Positions 46,972 to 56,202 of a stretch of 64,000 nucleotides of DNA are shown in pieces (within the stretch, counting starts at the first letter, position 1; the number at the start of each line of letters is the position of its first letter). The notes under the pieces are model-generated. The model did no database searches. It had not been told where the DNA came from and worked only from the letters and a program-made list of their open reading frames with translations. A program made the position numbers and the translations under genes. Source of the stretch: Bdellovibrionales bacterium (lineage in GTDB: Bacteria; Bdellovibrionota; Bdellovibrionia; Bdellovibrionales; JAMPXM01). The stretch lies in assembly GCA_043739185.1 (NCBI GenBank), contig JAYUEN010000155.1:30732-94731 (forward strand), in the 5' to 3' direction.

Positions 46972-48182
46972 TACAAAAGCTCCTTGCCCCATTTTTGAAA
47001 TGGCAGCCAACTCAATAGACATACTGAAGTTAAAGCGTAGGCACTGATTTTACAGATCTCACTAATTGTAAAAGTGGCTTGAAGTGCGCCTGCTAAAATT
47101 AGAGAAATGGGCACTGCAGCTGAGCTAATGAGATTTACATAACTCATAATCTGCGGAACGAATTCGGGACGGGGCTGACTTTGAAAAATATTGAGAATTA
47201 AAATATTAGCAAGCCCTACAAAAAGCCCGAGTAAACCGAGAAGAATAGCGGCTAACCAAAGATTGAGAGAATATTGAAAAGCCAAAAAAGTGAGTGCCAC
47301 TCCGACTAAAAAAAGCCATGTAAAAAAAAGTGTCCGCTTTGAAATTGTAAATATGCTCAGCAAAATCCCGCCTGCTGAAATCCCAAAACCGAGCCCGCCC
47401 TCCATGGTAGCAAGAGCATTGAAGCTCCCAGAAAAAAGATTGCGGGCCATTGAGGGCACCAATATTTGCAGCGGAATCGTAAGCAAATTCATTAGCAAAA
47501 AAACCACAAGCATCGAATAAATAAGCGGCGAGATTCCGACGTTCTTTTTTGCTGGAGGCTCTTGAACAATGTGCGAAGTTTCGGGGTTTACAAGTTCTGG
47601 TTTTAAAATTCTTGATCTTAAAAGCCAACCACAGAAACCTGAAGTTAAATAAAAAATACTTGCCAAAATAAAGAGGCCGCGAAGACCTAAGATTTGAAAA
47701 CAAAAAATTCCGGCGATGGGCCCGAGGACACTTGTTAAAGAGCCAATAGCAGAAAGTTTTGCTGTTAGCTTTTGAATTTGTACTCCACGAGCAATTTCAA
47801 GCGGCAGGCTAAAAATCGCAGGATTGAAAAAGGCAGCCATCGAATTGCTAGCAAAAATTATCGCCATGACCTGATAGAGCTCGCTTGGCTGGGCAATTCC
47901 AGTCAAAAGCATACTCGCAATACCATAAATGATGGAGCGTATCCAATCAGACGCAATGACGACATTTAAGGCTCCAAAGATTTGAATTATTTTTGCATTT
48001 AAGGCGAAGAATAAGAGGTGCGGAATTCCGCCTATAACTAAATACCAAGTCACCCATGTGTCACCAAAGTTTTTTGAGATGATCCAGATGAGTCCGATGC
48101 TGAGCATGCGATCCGAGAGTTGCGCAAGCAATTGCCCGATGAGTAAAATCCAATTTGGAGAGGCTCGAAATTTTATTCGCAT
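46971..48182 (-). CDS. MFS transporter, EntS/MFS_3-like exporter
   Basis: It has about 12 TM segments and the N-terminal 'FRASPNWILLIGQLLAQLSDRMLSIGLIWI'. The start is the ATG at 48182 or the TTG at 48188. Confidence 0.8.
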   Translation of the reverse strand: MRIKFRASPNWILLIGQLLAQLSDRMLSIGLIWIISKNFGDTWVTWYLVIGGIPHLLFFALNAKIIQIFGALNVVIASDWIRSIIYGIASMLLTGIAQPSELYQVMAIIFASNSMAAFFNPAIFSLPLEIARGVQIQKLTAKLSAIGSLTSVLGPIAGIFCFQILGLRGLFILASIFYLTSGFCGWLLRSRILKPELVNPETSHIVQEPPAKKNVGISPLIYSMLVVFLLMNLLTIPLQILVPSMARNLFSGSFNALATMEGGLGFGISAGGILLSIFTISKRTLFFTWLFLVGVALTFLAFQYSLNLWLAAILLGLLGLFVGLANILILNIFQSQPRPEFVPQIMSYVNLISSAAVPISLILAGALQATFTISEICKISAYALTSVCLLSWLPFQKWGKELL

Positions 48183-48297
48183 TCCCAATATTTTAGCTTA
48201 CTTAGAGCCGGTGGCAATGAGTATACTAAGGCCACGATTTTTGACGGCCTTAGGTCGAGGTCATTTTATTGAGTCGATCGCTCTGCCGATCGGCAGT

Positions 48298-49506
48298 CTA
48301 GCTGGCGCTAAATTTAAAATTGTGGCGAAATTTAATGAGTCCGGTTGCGCCAATTAAAATCCAAATACTTCCGGCTAAAGCGAATACCACTTGAACGCTC
48401 AATAGACGAAAAATGAGAGGGGAAAACAGCATCAGTAAAAGTGTGGCCATCGTATCTGTAACAATTCGCAGGCGAAAAACTCGACTGATTTCATCAATCG
48501 GAAAACGCGCTTGAATCATATCTGAAAAAGTCACTTCATTCATAGTGCCGCTAAAGGCAGTGATCGCAGTAGCTATCATGATGGTATAAATATTTTCGCA
48601 ATTCGCAATACAAACAAAGCCGATTCCCAACCAAATATAGCCTGCAAACATCATAAGTGCTGGACGCAGTCTCTGAAGATTTCCGAAATAAAGCGCACCC
48701 AAAAAATTGCCAATTCCATAGGAGGCAACAACCAGACCGAAAGACCTGGCGCTATTAGGTGCGAGTGATTGAACGCGCAAAGCAAAGCCAAGAGCGTAGA
48801 CCAAATTCCAAGTGCTGCCGGTGACTGCCTTAGAGAAAATGATAAAGCCCATATCTTTTTGCTTTTGAACCGCATGCACACCAGACAAAATGGCTTGTAA
48901 ATAAGTTCCTCGAGAAGATTTTTTGACTGCGTGAGGGGCGGCGGCTCCTAGACTTCGAACTGATGCGGCTGAAAAAATAAAACTTAATGAATCAAGACTA
49001 AAGAAATGAATCGGCGGCACAATACCAGCAAGAATGCCAACGATGGCAGGACCAAGCATACGTGCCATGCGAAGAGTTGTTGTCATCAAGCCAGTGGCAG
49101 CTCTTAATAGTTGCATATCAGGACAAAACTGCGGAAGTAAAGTTTGCAGGGCAGGATCAAAAAAAGCTCCAAGGCCTGAAACAATGATAGCAACAACCAC
49201 TAAGAGCGAAAACGGAACTTGGGTAAAAAAAGAAACGACAACGGGAATTAAAATAATAAGAGCGCGAATGAGGTCAACGCGAATCATGGTCTTAAGCGGG
49301 TCCCAATGATCCGCCCACTTCCCGCCTATAAAACTTAGTATCATGAGTGCTGCGTATTGCGCGGCATTTAGATAGCCAGTATCGGCGCCAATAAGACCTA
49401 CTGCTAGCCACGTAAGTCCGACTCGGTAAATTTCGTCTCCAACGGCTGAGAGGGCTTGGCCGAGCCAGAGTCGTAAAATGGCGGCGTCTTTTAACGCCCT
49501 AAGCAT
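48298..49506 (-). CDS. MFS transporter, EntS/MFS_3-like exporter (paralog)
   Basis: It has about 12 TM segments and the N-terminal 'LRALKDAAILRLWLGQALSAVGDEIYRVGLTWLAV'. The start is the ATG at 49506 or the GTG at 49512. Confidence 0.8.
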   Translation of the reverse strand: MLRALKDAAILRLWLGQALSAVGDEIYRVGLTWLAVGLIGADTGYLNAAQYAALMILSFIGGKWADHWDPLKTMIRVDLIRALIILIPVVVSFFTQVPFSLLVVVAIIVSGLGAFFDPALQTLLPQFCPDMQLLRAATGLMTTTLRMARMLGPAIVGILAGIVPPIHFFSLDSLSFIFSAASVRSLGAAAPHAVKKSSRGTYLQAILSGVHAVQKQKDMGFIIFSKAVTGSTWNLVYALGFALRVQSLAPNSARSFGLVVASYGIGNFLGALYFGNLQRLRPALMMFAGYIWLGIGFVCIANCENIYTIMIATAITAFSGTMNEVTFSDMIQARFPIDEISRVFRLRIVTDTMATLLLMLFSPLIFRLLSVQVVFALAGSIWILIGATGLIKFRHNFKFSAS

Positions 49507-49531
49507 GAGCACAACGAAACTTAACTTATTT

Positions 49532-49831
49532 TCAACTGCCTACTTTCCCGCTGCCAAATTTTGGATGTTTTGCTTTGCATGCCGAAATAGTTTTGGCGTC
49601 AATTATTGGTAAAGGCTTACTAGCGCCCGGAACACTGGTTACTCCCTGAATGATTGGGTCGACACAGTCCCTCCAGAGTCCGTCACCCTTTTTCCAATCG
49701 CCTTTTATAAAGCCGGCCGCGGTGCAGGCATCGGCAATTTGTTTGCAGGCACCCGGAAGGGCAGTAGCTTCACCAGCAGCAAAAGAAAGGCTTGAACAAA
49801 AAATCAGTGTCAAAACGAATATTGTTTTCAT
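49532..49831 (-). CDS. Small secreted 4-Cys protein (99 aa)
   Basis: The ATG at 49831 follows a strong AGGAG. It has the signal peptide 'MKTIFVLTLIFCSSLSFA' and four Cys in the mature part. It ends 19 nt upstream of the first MFS gene. Confidence 0.55.
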   Translation of the reverse strand: MKTIFVLTLIFCSSLSFAAGEATALPGACKQIADACTAAGFIKGDWKKGDGLWRDCVDPIIQGVTSVPGASKPLPIIDAKTISACKAKHPKFGSGKVGS

Positions 49832-50037
49832 AATAATTTCTCCTGTTATATGAGGGCACACCTTGTTGTTAGATTAAAATAAAATTAATATTTTTGGCAA
49901 TGAGATTCTAATTTGCCCCCTTGTGACCAATTTTACCCCCTTTTGCAGTGTCTGGGATAAACAGTTGCGATCTATCTTGGCATGAGCGATGCACCGATAT
50001 TGGTAAGCAATTCGAGCGTAAATTGAGGAGGTGGCAA

Positions 50038-50559
50038 ATGGCTGAGTTATCTGCGCAGAACTTCATGTCCGAGCACTTGATTTCAGTTTTGTGGAGTGCG
50101 GACCTTCAAAGTTCATTTGAAAAAATGAAGAGCCGTAATTTTCGCCACCTGCCTGTCGTCTCAGAGAATAATGAAGTGGTCGGTATAATTTCAGATCGCG
50201 ACTTTCAAAGAGCAATGCAAATCGACGAAGCTGACTACTTTTCGAGTCGAGTCGCCTGCGCCAGTTTTGATCCCCAGGCAAAAGTTCGCGATTATATGTG
50301 TTGGCCGGTTCAGACGATTTCAGAAGAGTGCTCGATTGTCGAAGTCGCGCATATGATGATAGCGAAGAAAATTTCTGCAGTTCTGGTTTCACGTCAGAGC
50401 ACAATAATTGGCATTTTAACTACCGAAGATATGCTTCGCGCCCTCATCGAGAATCTAGAGTCAAAAAGCTCACATCCTGTTCAAGAGAGGCTCACGTCAA
50501 TGTTTTTTAATTCTCCGGCAAGGGGACTCGCGGATCTGGCGGGTCAGACCGGCATTTAG
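50038..50559 (+). CDS. CBS-domain pair protein
   Basis: It has two CBS repeats ('FRHLPVVSENNEVVGIISDRDF', 'ISAVLVSRQSTIIGILTTEDMLRAL'). The ATG at 50038 follows GAGGAGG. Confidence 0.8.
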   Translation: MAELSAQNFMSEHLISVLWSADLQSSFEKMKSRNFRHLPVVSENNEVVGIISDRDFQRAMQIDEADYFSSRVACASFDPQAKVRDYMCWPVQTISEECSIVEVAHMMIAKKISAVLVSRQSTIIGILTTEDMLRALIENLESKSSHPVQERLTSMFFNSPARGLADLAGQTGI

Positions 50560-50768
50560 GAGAATTGCCTATGGAGCCTCTATCAGGGGTGCGGCGCTAA
50601 AAGAGGCCGCACTTCCTGGTAAAGTTAGGGGTGTGGACTTTGTATATAATTTCTTAATGAAAATTTACTTTTTGTTAATTGTCTTAAGCTAACTTTAATA
50701 AATAGTTGGTTATTGAGTTTCGACGGGAAAATTTTATTTTGAAAGCTTAAATTCACTGGATTTTTGGA

Positions 50769-52733
50769 TTGCTAGCGAGTACTGTGAATTTTGTGAAAAA
50801 TGAGCAAAAGAGCATGAATCAATATTTGGAATGTTTCTTCATTGTAGAATTCAATGGCTTTGTTCGCGCCTGGAGTTCTGCAGCTGAAAACATTTTAGGT
50901 TGGCGAAAAGAAGAAATTGAAGGCCAGAGTTTTTTTGAAAAATTGGTCGCGAAATCATCAATATCAGACGGCAAAAAAATATTAAGAGGTTTTTCAAATC
51001 TTAAGCCTGGCTGCATTTTCTCCCAAACTGATAAGCTTAAGCTCGTGCATTCAAGTGGCAGCGAAATTGGCTTTAATATGGTTTTGAGTTATGGCGGCAT
51101 TCAGCCTGAAATTCATATCGTAGCAAAGAGGGCTTTGGGCTTTCAAAGCGATTCAACTTATAAAGATCAAAATGAGTTCAGCGTCGAAACTATTTTAAAT
51201 GCGCTTCCGATCTCGGTCTCATATGTTGATAAAGATTATTGTTTTCGCTATGTAAATTCAAATTATTCAAAATGGCGAAACTTAAGTAAGGAACAAATTG
51301 TTGGAAGGAGTGTCTTCGAACACATGGATCCTGAAACCTACAAAGTCGCAAAATCTCAGATGGAAAGAGTCCTCGCGGGTCAAGTTGTAAATTATGAATT
51401 CCAACTCGAATACTTTGATGGGCCGAGATATCTCGATGCGACCTTACTTCCTGATTTTGACCAAGAGCAAAAGGTAAGAGGATATACGGCCGTTCTCATT
51501 GATATTTCGGAACGCCAAAACAGAATTGATTCACTTCGCAAGAGCAAGCTTGAAAATGAAGTTGCAAATAATGCCAAAGATACATTTTTGGCAAATATGT
51601 CGCATGAATTTCGCAGCCCACTTGGAGTTATTTTGGGTTTTTCTGAATTGCTCGCAAAGCCTGATCTGCAAGCGGCAGAGAGAATGCAATATATTGAAAG
51701 CATCAAGCGCAACGGCCGCTTCCTGTCTAAAATCATCGAGGATATTTTAGATCTATCAAAGGTGGAGGCCGGAAAGCTTGAAATCAATAAGACCAATGTG
51801 AAGCTTGGTGAAATTATTGAAGACATTCATTCAATGATTCAATTGAAAGCCAAAGATAAAAACTTGATCCTTGATTTCAAAATTGATCCGGATGTTCCTG
51901 AATTTGTTTTTACTGATTCTTTGCGCTTGGTTCAGATTTTATTGAATATCATTGGCAATGCCATCAAGTTCACAGAATCGGGGGGCGTATCAGTTCGTGT
52001 CGGCTATGAAAAGCTCAATGAGCAACACGAGGAACTATGCTTTATTGTTGAAGATACCGGCTGTGGCATTTGCCCAAGTAAAGTTTCGAATTTGTTTTTA
52101 CCTTTTTCGCAGGTAGATGATTCGATAGTACGCAAAGCTTCTGGTACGGGGCTTGGATTGGTTTTATCAAAAAAACTTGCTCACCTTCTCGGCGGAAATC
52201 TTATTTTGGAGAAAAGTGTTTTAGGTAGAGGTAGTATTTTTAAAATCAGCATTGATCCCGAACTCAACAAGCTTTTGAATATTGAGCGCACAGAAGCTGA
52301 AATAGGCGCCGGCTTATCTGATAAGCTAAAAAAAACGCAGCATCGCCTTAAGGGTTTCAATATACTGCTTGCTGAAGACAATTTGGACAACCAAGTATTA
52401 CTTCGAAGCTTTTTAGGCCAAGAGGGTGGCCAACTCGATATCGCTGAAAACGGGAAAGTTGCTTTAAGGAAATTGCGTGAAAAGAAATATGATGTCATCA
52501 TTATGGATGTGCAAATGCCCATTTTGTGTGGCGACGAAGCCATTGTGATTGCTCGTGCCGAAGGTACTCAGACACCAGCCCTTGCTTTAACGGCTCATTC
52601 GTTGCGAAATACTCAAAAGCATCTTTTGGATATTGGCTTTAACGAATTTTGCGCTAAACCATTTAATAAAGAAGAACTCATCGAAAAAATTGCTTTTCTT
52701 TGTCAAAATAATATGAGCCATATGAGCTTGTGA
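50769..52733 (+). CDS. Hybrid sensor histidine kinase (PAS-PAS-HisKA-HATPase-REC)
   Basis: It has the H-box 'MSHEFRSPL', the N-box 'NIIGNAIKFT', 'EDTGCGI', 'GTGLGL' and the receiver 'ILLAEDN...YDVIIMDVQMP'. The start is the TTG at 50769 or the ATG at 50814. Confidence 0.9.
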   Translation: MLASTVNFVKNEQKSMNQYLECFFIVEFNGFVRAWSSAAENILGWRKEEIEGQSFFEKLVAKSSISDGKKILRGFSNLKPGCIFSQTDKLKLVHSSGSEIGFNMVLSYGGIQPEIHIVAKRALGFQSDSTYKDQNEFSVETILNALPISVSYVDKDYCFRYVNSNYSKWRNLSKEQIVGRSVFEHMDPETYKVAKSQMERVLAGQVVNYEFQLEYFDGPRYLDATLLPDFDQEQKVRGYTAVLIDISERQNRIDSLRKSKLENEVANNAKDTFLANMSHEFRSPLGVILGFSELLAKPDLQAAERMQYIESIKRNGRFLSKIIEDILDLSKVEAGKLEINKTNVKLGEIIEDIHSMIQLKAKDKNLILDFKIDPDVPEFVFTDSLRLVQILLNIIGNAIKFTESGGVSVRVGYEKLNEQHEELCFIVEDTGCGICPSKVSNLFLPFSQVDDSIVRKASGTGLGLVLSKKLAHLLGGNLILEKSVLGRGSIFKISIDPELNKLLNIERTEAEIGAGLSDKLKKTQHRLKGFNILLAEDNLDNQVLLRSFLGQEGGQLDIAENGKVALRKLREKKYDVIIMDVQMPILCGDEAIVIARAEGTQTPALALTAHSLRNTQKHLLDIGFNEFCAKPFNKEELIEKIAFLCQNNMSHMSL

Positions 52734-53179
52734 TTAAGAGCCATGAAAGTCAAAATTCGCCAATCGTAAATCTTAAGATGAAAGGACCGTTTTATATTTG
52801 GCTAGGTATGATATTAGTATCGGCTTATTTCACCTGGCAGGCTTATGCGATGACGGACTCAAGTTTTAAGCCTCAATTTCCGGTGTTTGATAGTTCAAAT
52901 TCAATGATGATGGGACTTGGCCTGTGCGCAGTTTTAAATGCCTTTTTGGCTTGGGTGATCCCGAGTTATTTGTTTAAGTTGGGCAGAGCTCAGGCGCCAA
53001 AGATGAGTATTTGTTTTCTTGCTTTTGTCGTACGACTTTCTCTGGTTGGTTCGATTAATATCTATGGCTTGGTCTTAGCCGTTTCAAATCACGATGCCAA
53101 TCTCGTTCTGCCATTTTCGATTCTGAGCTTTCTAGGCTATTTAAAAAGCTTTCCCCGGCCAGAGTCCTTTGGCTATTAA
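52730..53179 (+). CDS. Hypothetical 4-TM membrane protein
   Basis: A hydrophobic ORF whose start overlaps the kinase stop by 4 nt (GTGA). Confidence 0.5.
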   Translation: MIKSHESQNSPIVNLKMKGPFYIWLGMILVSAYFTWQAYAMTDSSFKPQFPVFDSSNSMMMGLGLCAVLNAFLAWVIPSYLFKLGRAQAPKMSICFLAFVVRLSLVGSINIYGLVLAVSNHDANLVLPFSILSFLGYLKSFPRPESFGY

Positions 53180-54092
53180 AATGAAGGAAACTCAGGGCCG
53201 GGCGTTCTGGATTCTGCTATCGTAAGCTGTTACGGACCCACAGACAGATACTGAGACCGCCAAACAGCCAACCGCTGCTGCTGCCTTTAAAACTTTTGAT
53301 TTCTAGAGATGAAGCCGTCCTAACCAAAAGAAGCCTATACCTCAGTGATCCCCATCCCACGGCTCCTAATATGCCCTTTTCCTTGCGCCATAAGTACATG
53401 AAATAATTAGATTATGTTAATTGTTTCAATTTGATAAAAAAGTCAAAATTCGCATAAATAATTGACAAATGTTTGAGCCTTTTACTGTTGAAATGCTTCA
53501 ACTCAAATGTATAAGTTTTTAGGCTGGAAGGGGGTTTGCAATACATATAAGTGTATTCATTAAAATGATTGGGGGTTTTATGGAGAAATTTTTTTACGAC
53601 TACCGGCCACATCTTTGTTTGGGCTTTTCTTTATTCGCTTTTTACTTTGCTCCACATTCGCAGTTCCAAATGATGTGTTCAAGTACGCTATTTGCCTGTT
53701 CTGTTTATGTTTATTTTATGCGAAATCGAGCTCGCATTGTGCAAGCGCTTAGACTACGTCGCTAATTAAATTAGTAAAATTGCCACTTTAATTCTGTTCG
53801 AATAGGCCCTATCTCTTTAATTGGGAGGGGTTTGAGAAGAAAAAAACCTATTGTTTTTTTTGCCTTCCATGCAGATGCAAATCAATTTCGGCGAAATCTT
53901 CCTTCCCTAATTCGTGCCCTAAATTGTTACCGGGCCAGCATCGTCTATAATGCAGCTTCTTTAAAATTCAGAGATTTCGATCTAAAAACCAGTAAATTTT
54001 TCACAAAACGAACTCAATTTAGGGTAAAGTGGCCGAGGCGTGAAGTTTTTCGTAAAGAATTTTAACTCAGTATTGCGAAGGCGAATTTAACA

Positions 54093-55526
54093 ATGAAATG
54101 CATTTTAAGTTTGTCTCTGGCAACTCTCATTTCATTTCAGGCGTGGGCGCGTACGAACGCTACACCACCAATTAATCGTAGGGATCTTGTTTTAGCACCA
54201 ACGCAAATCTCCGCTGACTTCGATGTGCTTAGTAAGGGACTCCCAAGTGGAGAACTGCAAAATTCTTTTTGTTATGCTCCAAATAAAGTTACTGATCCAG
54301 ATCAGCTTGATATCGTAGGCACCAATATTGATGCTCCGGTTCGACTTGCATCGGTTTCAAAAATTATCACTAGCTTCTGGGCACTCTCAGTTCTAGGTCC
54401 GAACTTTCGCTATGAAACGCAACTCAGTTGGAATCCTAAGTCCAAACATCTTCATATCAAGGGAATGCAAGATCCGTTTATGGGTCAGCACAGCCTCATG
54501 TTTTTGGCCAGTGCACTTGATGAACTTGGTATTCACGATATTTCTTTGGTGAGTTTCGATTCAAATTTTTTCGTATATGAATTTGCAGATACCAGATCAA
54601 GCTATGAAAGCTCGGTCGGGGCCCAAAGTAATCCGCCACTTCAAGATTCGCAGATCGCAGTGCTTAAGTATTTCAATACCGCTCAATGGCCAAAGAATTT
54701 AGTAAATTTATATAAAGCCCTGAGGGACAAAGCGGGTCTTTTAAAAATTAAAATGCAAGTGGCGCCCAAAATTGCGGTTCGAAATGTGATTTTGAGCGAT
54801 GTCGACGGCGTGAATGATGAACCTGGTACAATTCATTTTAGTTATTTGTCTTCAACACTTTTGCAATATCTAAAGCATATCAATACAATGTCGATCAATT
54901 ATCCCCCAGGAATGATGTTTCGAAGTCTTGGCGGTTCAGATGCACTTTCAAAGTTTTTGGCTGATAGATTGAGGATGAGGGCCGATGATGTGAGCATGTA
55001 TACCGGCTCCGGAATCGAATACTATTTGGATGGCGAAATAACCAAACAGCGAAGAGTCGACAACGAAAGCAGCTGTAAGAATATTTTAAAAATAATTATG
55101 TCTTTAGATTTGCTTCTCGATAAGTACACTAAGAATTTGCAAGACATCTTTTTGGTCGCGGGAGTCGATCAGGGCACTTGGAATGGGAGCAAAGAAATTG
55201 CGGGCGCCGTAACCGCTAAAACCGGGACTTTGGTGCAAATTCCCGTTTCAAACCTTGCAGGCTTGGCAAGTACCATGTCTGGCGAATACTATTTCGGAAT
55301 ATTTTTTCAGCTTAAAGATCGAAATGAAATTCAAAAGGCCCATGAGGCCGCAAATACCATGGTCGATGATATTGTTATAAAAAATGGCGGTAAAGCTAAA
55401 GATCCTCTCGCGACCGAAGCCAAAAGCTTTGTGCCTTTTGATTCGGTTGTGGGTCACGATGCTCAGCTCTTAATGGCGCATCGTTTATGCTTCGGGAAGC
55501 ATTGTCGAAACCCACTTGAGAAGTGA
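54093..55526 (+). CDS. PBP4-like D-alanyl-D-alanine carboxypeptidase/endopeptidase (S13 family) candidate
   Basis: It has a signal peptide and SxxK 'LASVSKIITS', an SxN-like 'MSINY' and 'AKTGTL', in the order and spacing expected for PBP4. It is 477 aa. Confidence 0.6.
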   Translation: MKCILSLSLATLISFQAWARTNATPPINRRDLVLAPTQISADFDVLSKGLPSGELQNSFCYAPNKVTDPDQLDIVGTNIDAPVRLASVSKIITSFWALSVLGPNFRYETQLSWNPKSKHLHIKGMQDPFMGQHSLMFLASALDELGIHDISLVSFDSNFFVYEFADTRSSYESSVGAQSNPPLQDSQIAVLKYFNTAQWPKNLVNLYKALRDKAGLLKIKMQVAPKIAVRNVILSDVDGVNDEPGTIHFSYLSSTLLQYLKHINTMSINYPPGMMFRSLGGSDALSKFLADRLRMRADDVSMYTGSGIEYYLDGEITKQRRVDNESSCKNILKIIMSLDLLLDKYTKNLQDIFLVAGVDQGTWNGSKEIAGAVTAKTGTLVQIPVSNLAGLASTMSGEYYFGIFFQLKDRNEIQKAHEAANTMVDDIVIKNGGKAKDPLATEAKSFVPFDSVVGHDAQLLMAHRLCFGKHCRNPLEK

Positions 55527-56135
55527 CTCAACTTCTGTAAAGCAAAAATCATCTGTGTGCTCGTTTGATTTTAGTTGCGGATTATTCCAATTGGCACGAA
55601 TGGCCTTTGCGCCACAGGCCTTGGCTGCGAGCATATCGTTGTCATGGTCTCCTACCATTAAAAGCTCTTTGGTTTCACATTGAAATGCATATGCAATTCT
55701 TTCAAGGCCTTCGGGTGAGGGCTTGCAGTTGGCCACACAAGATCCGCTCATATGATAAGAAAAGTAAGGCGCCAGCTCGGTGCTATTTAAAACTCTTTTA
55801 GCAGAGCTCATTTCTCTTGCTGTCCAAATTCCGATTTTGCAGTTTTGAGATTTCAATTTTTCAAGTAAAGCGGGAATACCCTTAAAAACTTCAATGCGCT
55901 GATCATCCGATAGCAAACGGGTTTCGAAGGCTGCGAGTGCTTTATGTGAATTCTCTTGGCCTAATTTTTTATCGAAAAACAGTTGTCGACTCTTTACCGG
56001 AATACTTAAAACTTCTTTTTCATCCTGGAGACTTAAGTCCGCATTGAAGTCATTTAGGATGAGTCTCAAGGAGTCAAAGTAGACTTTGTGCGAATCAACC
56101 AGAGTGCCGTCTAAATCAAATACCCAATGCTTCAT
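55485..56135 (-). CDS. HAD-superfamily hydrolase (phosphoglycolate phosphatase-like)
   Basis: It has motif I 'VFDLDGTLVDS', motif II 'IWTA' and motif IV 'VGDHDNDMLAA'. Confidence 0.85.
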   Translation of the reverse strand: MKHWVFDLDGTLVDSHKVYFDSLRLILNDFNADLSLQDEKEVLSIPVKSRQLFFDKKLGQENSHKALAAFETRLLSDDQRIEVFKGIPALLEKLKSQNCKIGIWTAREMSSAKRVLNSTELAPYFSYHMSGSCVANCKPSPEGLERIAYAFQCETKELLMVGDHDNDMLAAKACGAKAIRANWNNPQLKSNEHTDDFCFTEVESLLKWVSTMLPEA

Positions 56136-56202
56136 GATTCAAGGATCTATTTCAAAATCTCGGTTCTGTCAAATTTCTTAGGCGGTGCTTCTAAGCTGGT
56201 TC

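Noticed and set aside
47206-47703. A 165-aa ORF lies on the same strand as the MFS gene but in another frame.
   Set aside because: It is fully embedded in a 12-TM transporter CDS with a coherent hydropathy pattern. The alternative frame has no motif or RBS.
53197-53290. I considered a possible tmRNA (ssrA). The region has a 10-nt identity to the tmRNA 5' region (TTCTGGATTC) and a nearby Ala-rich reading frame (GCC AAA CAG CCA ACC GCT GCT GCT GCC TTT...).
   Set aside because: No T-arm or GGTTCGA-type sequence and no CCA-proximal acceptor 3' half lies within 400 nt on either side. The putative tag frame does not end in the usual ...AA-stop; it reads AAAAFKTFDF-stop. The upstream sequence is a plausible membrane-protein CDS. 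The region is kept only as an unassigned GC-rich island.
53832-54065. A 77-aa plus-strand ORF, very basic and Phe-rich, lies upstream of the PBP4-like gene.
   Set aside because: Its composition is typical of a translated AT-rich promoter region. It has no RBS or motif and begins with a non-ATG codon.
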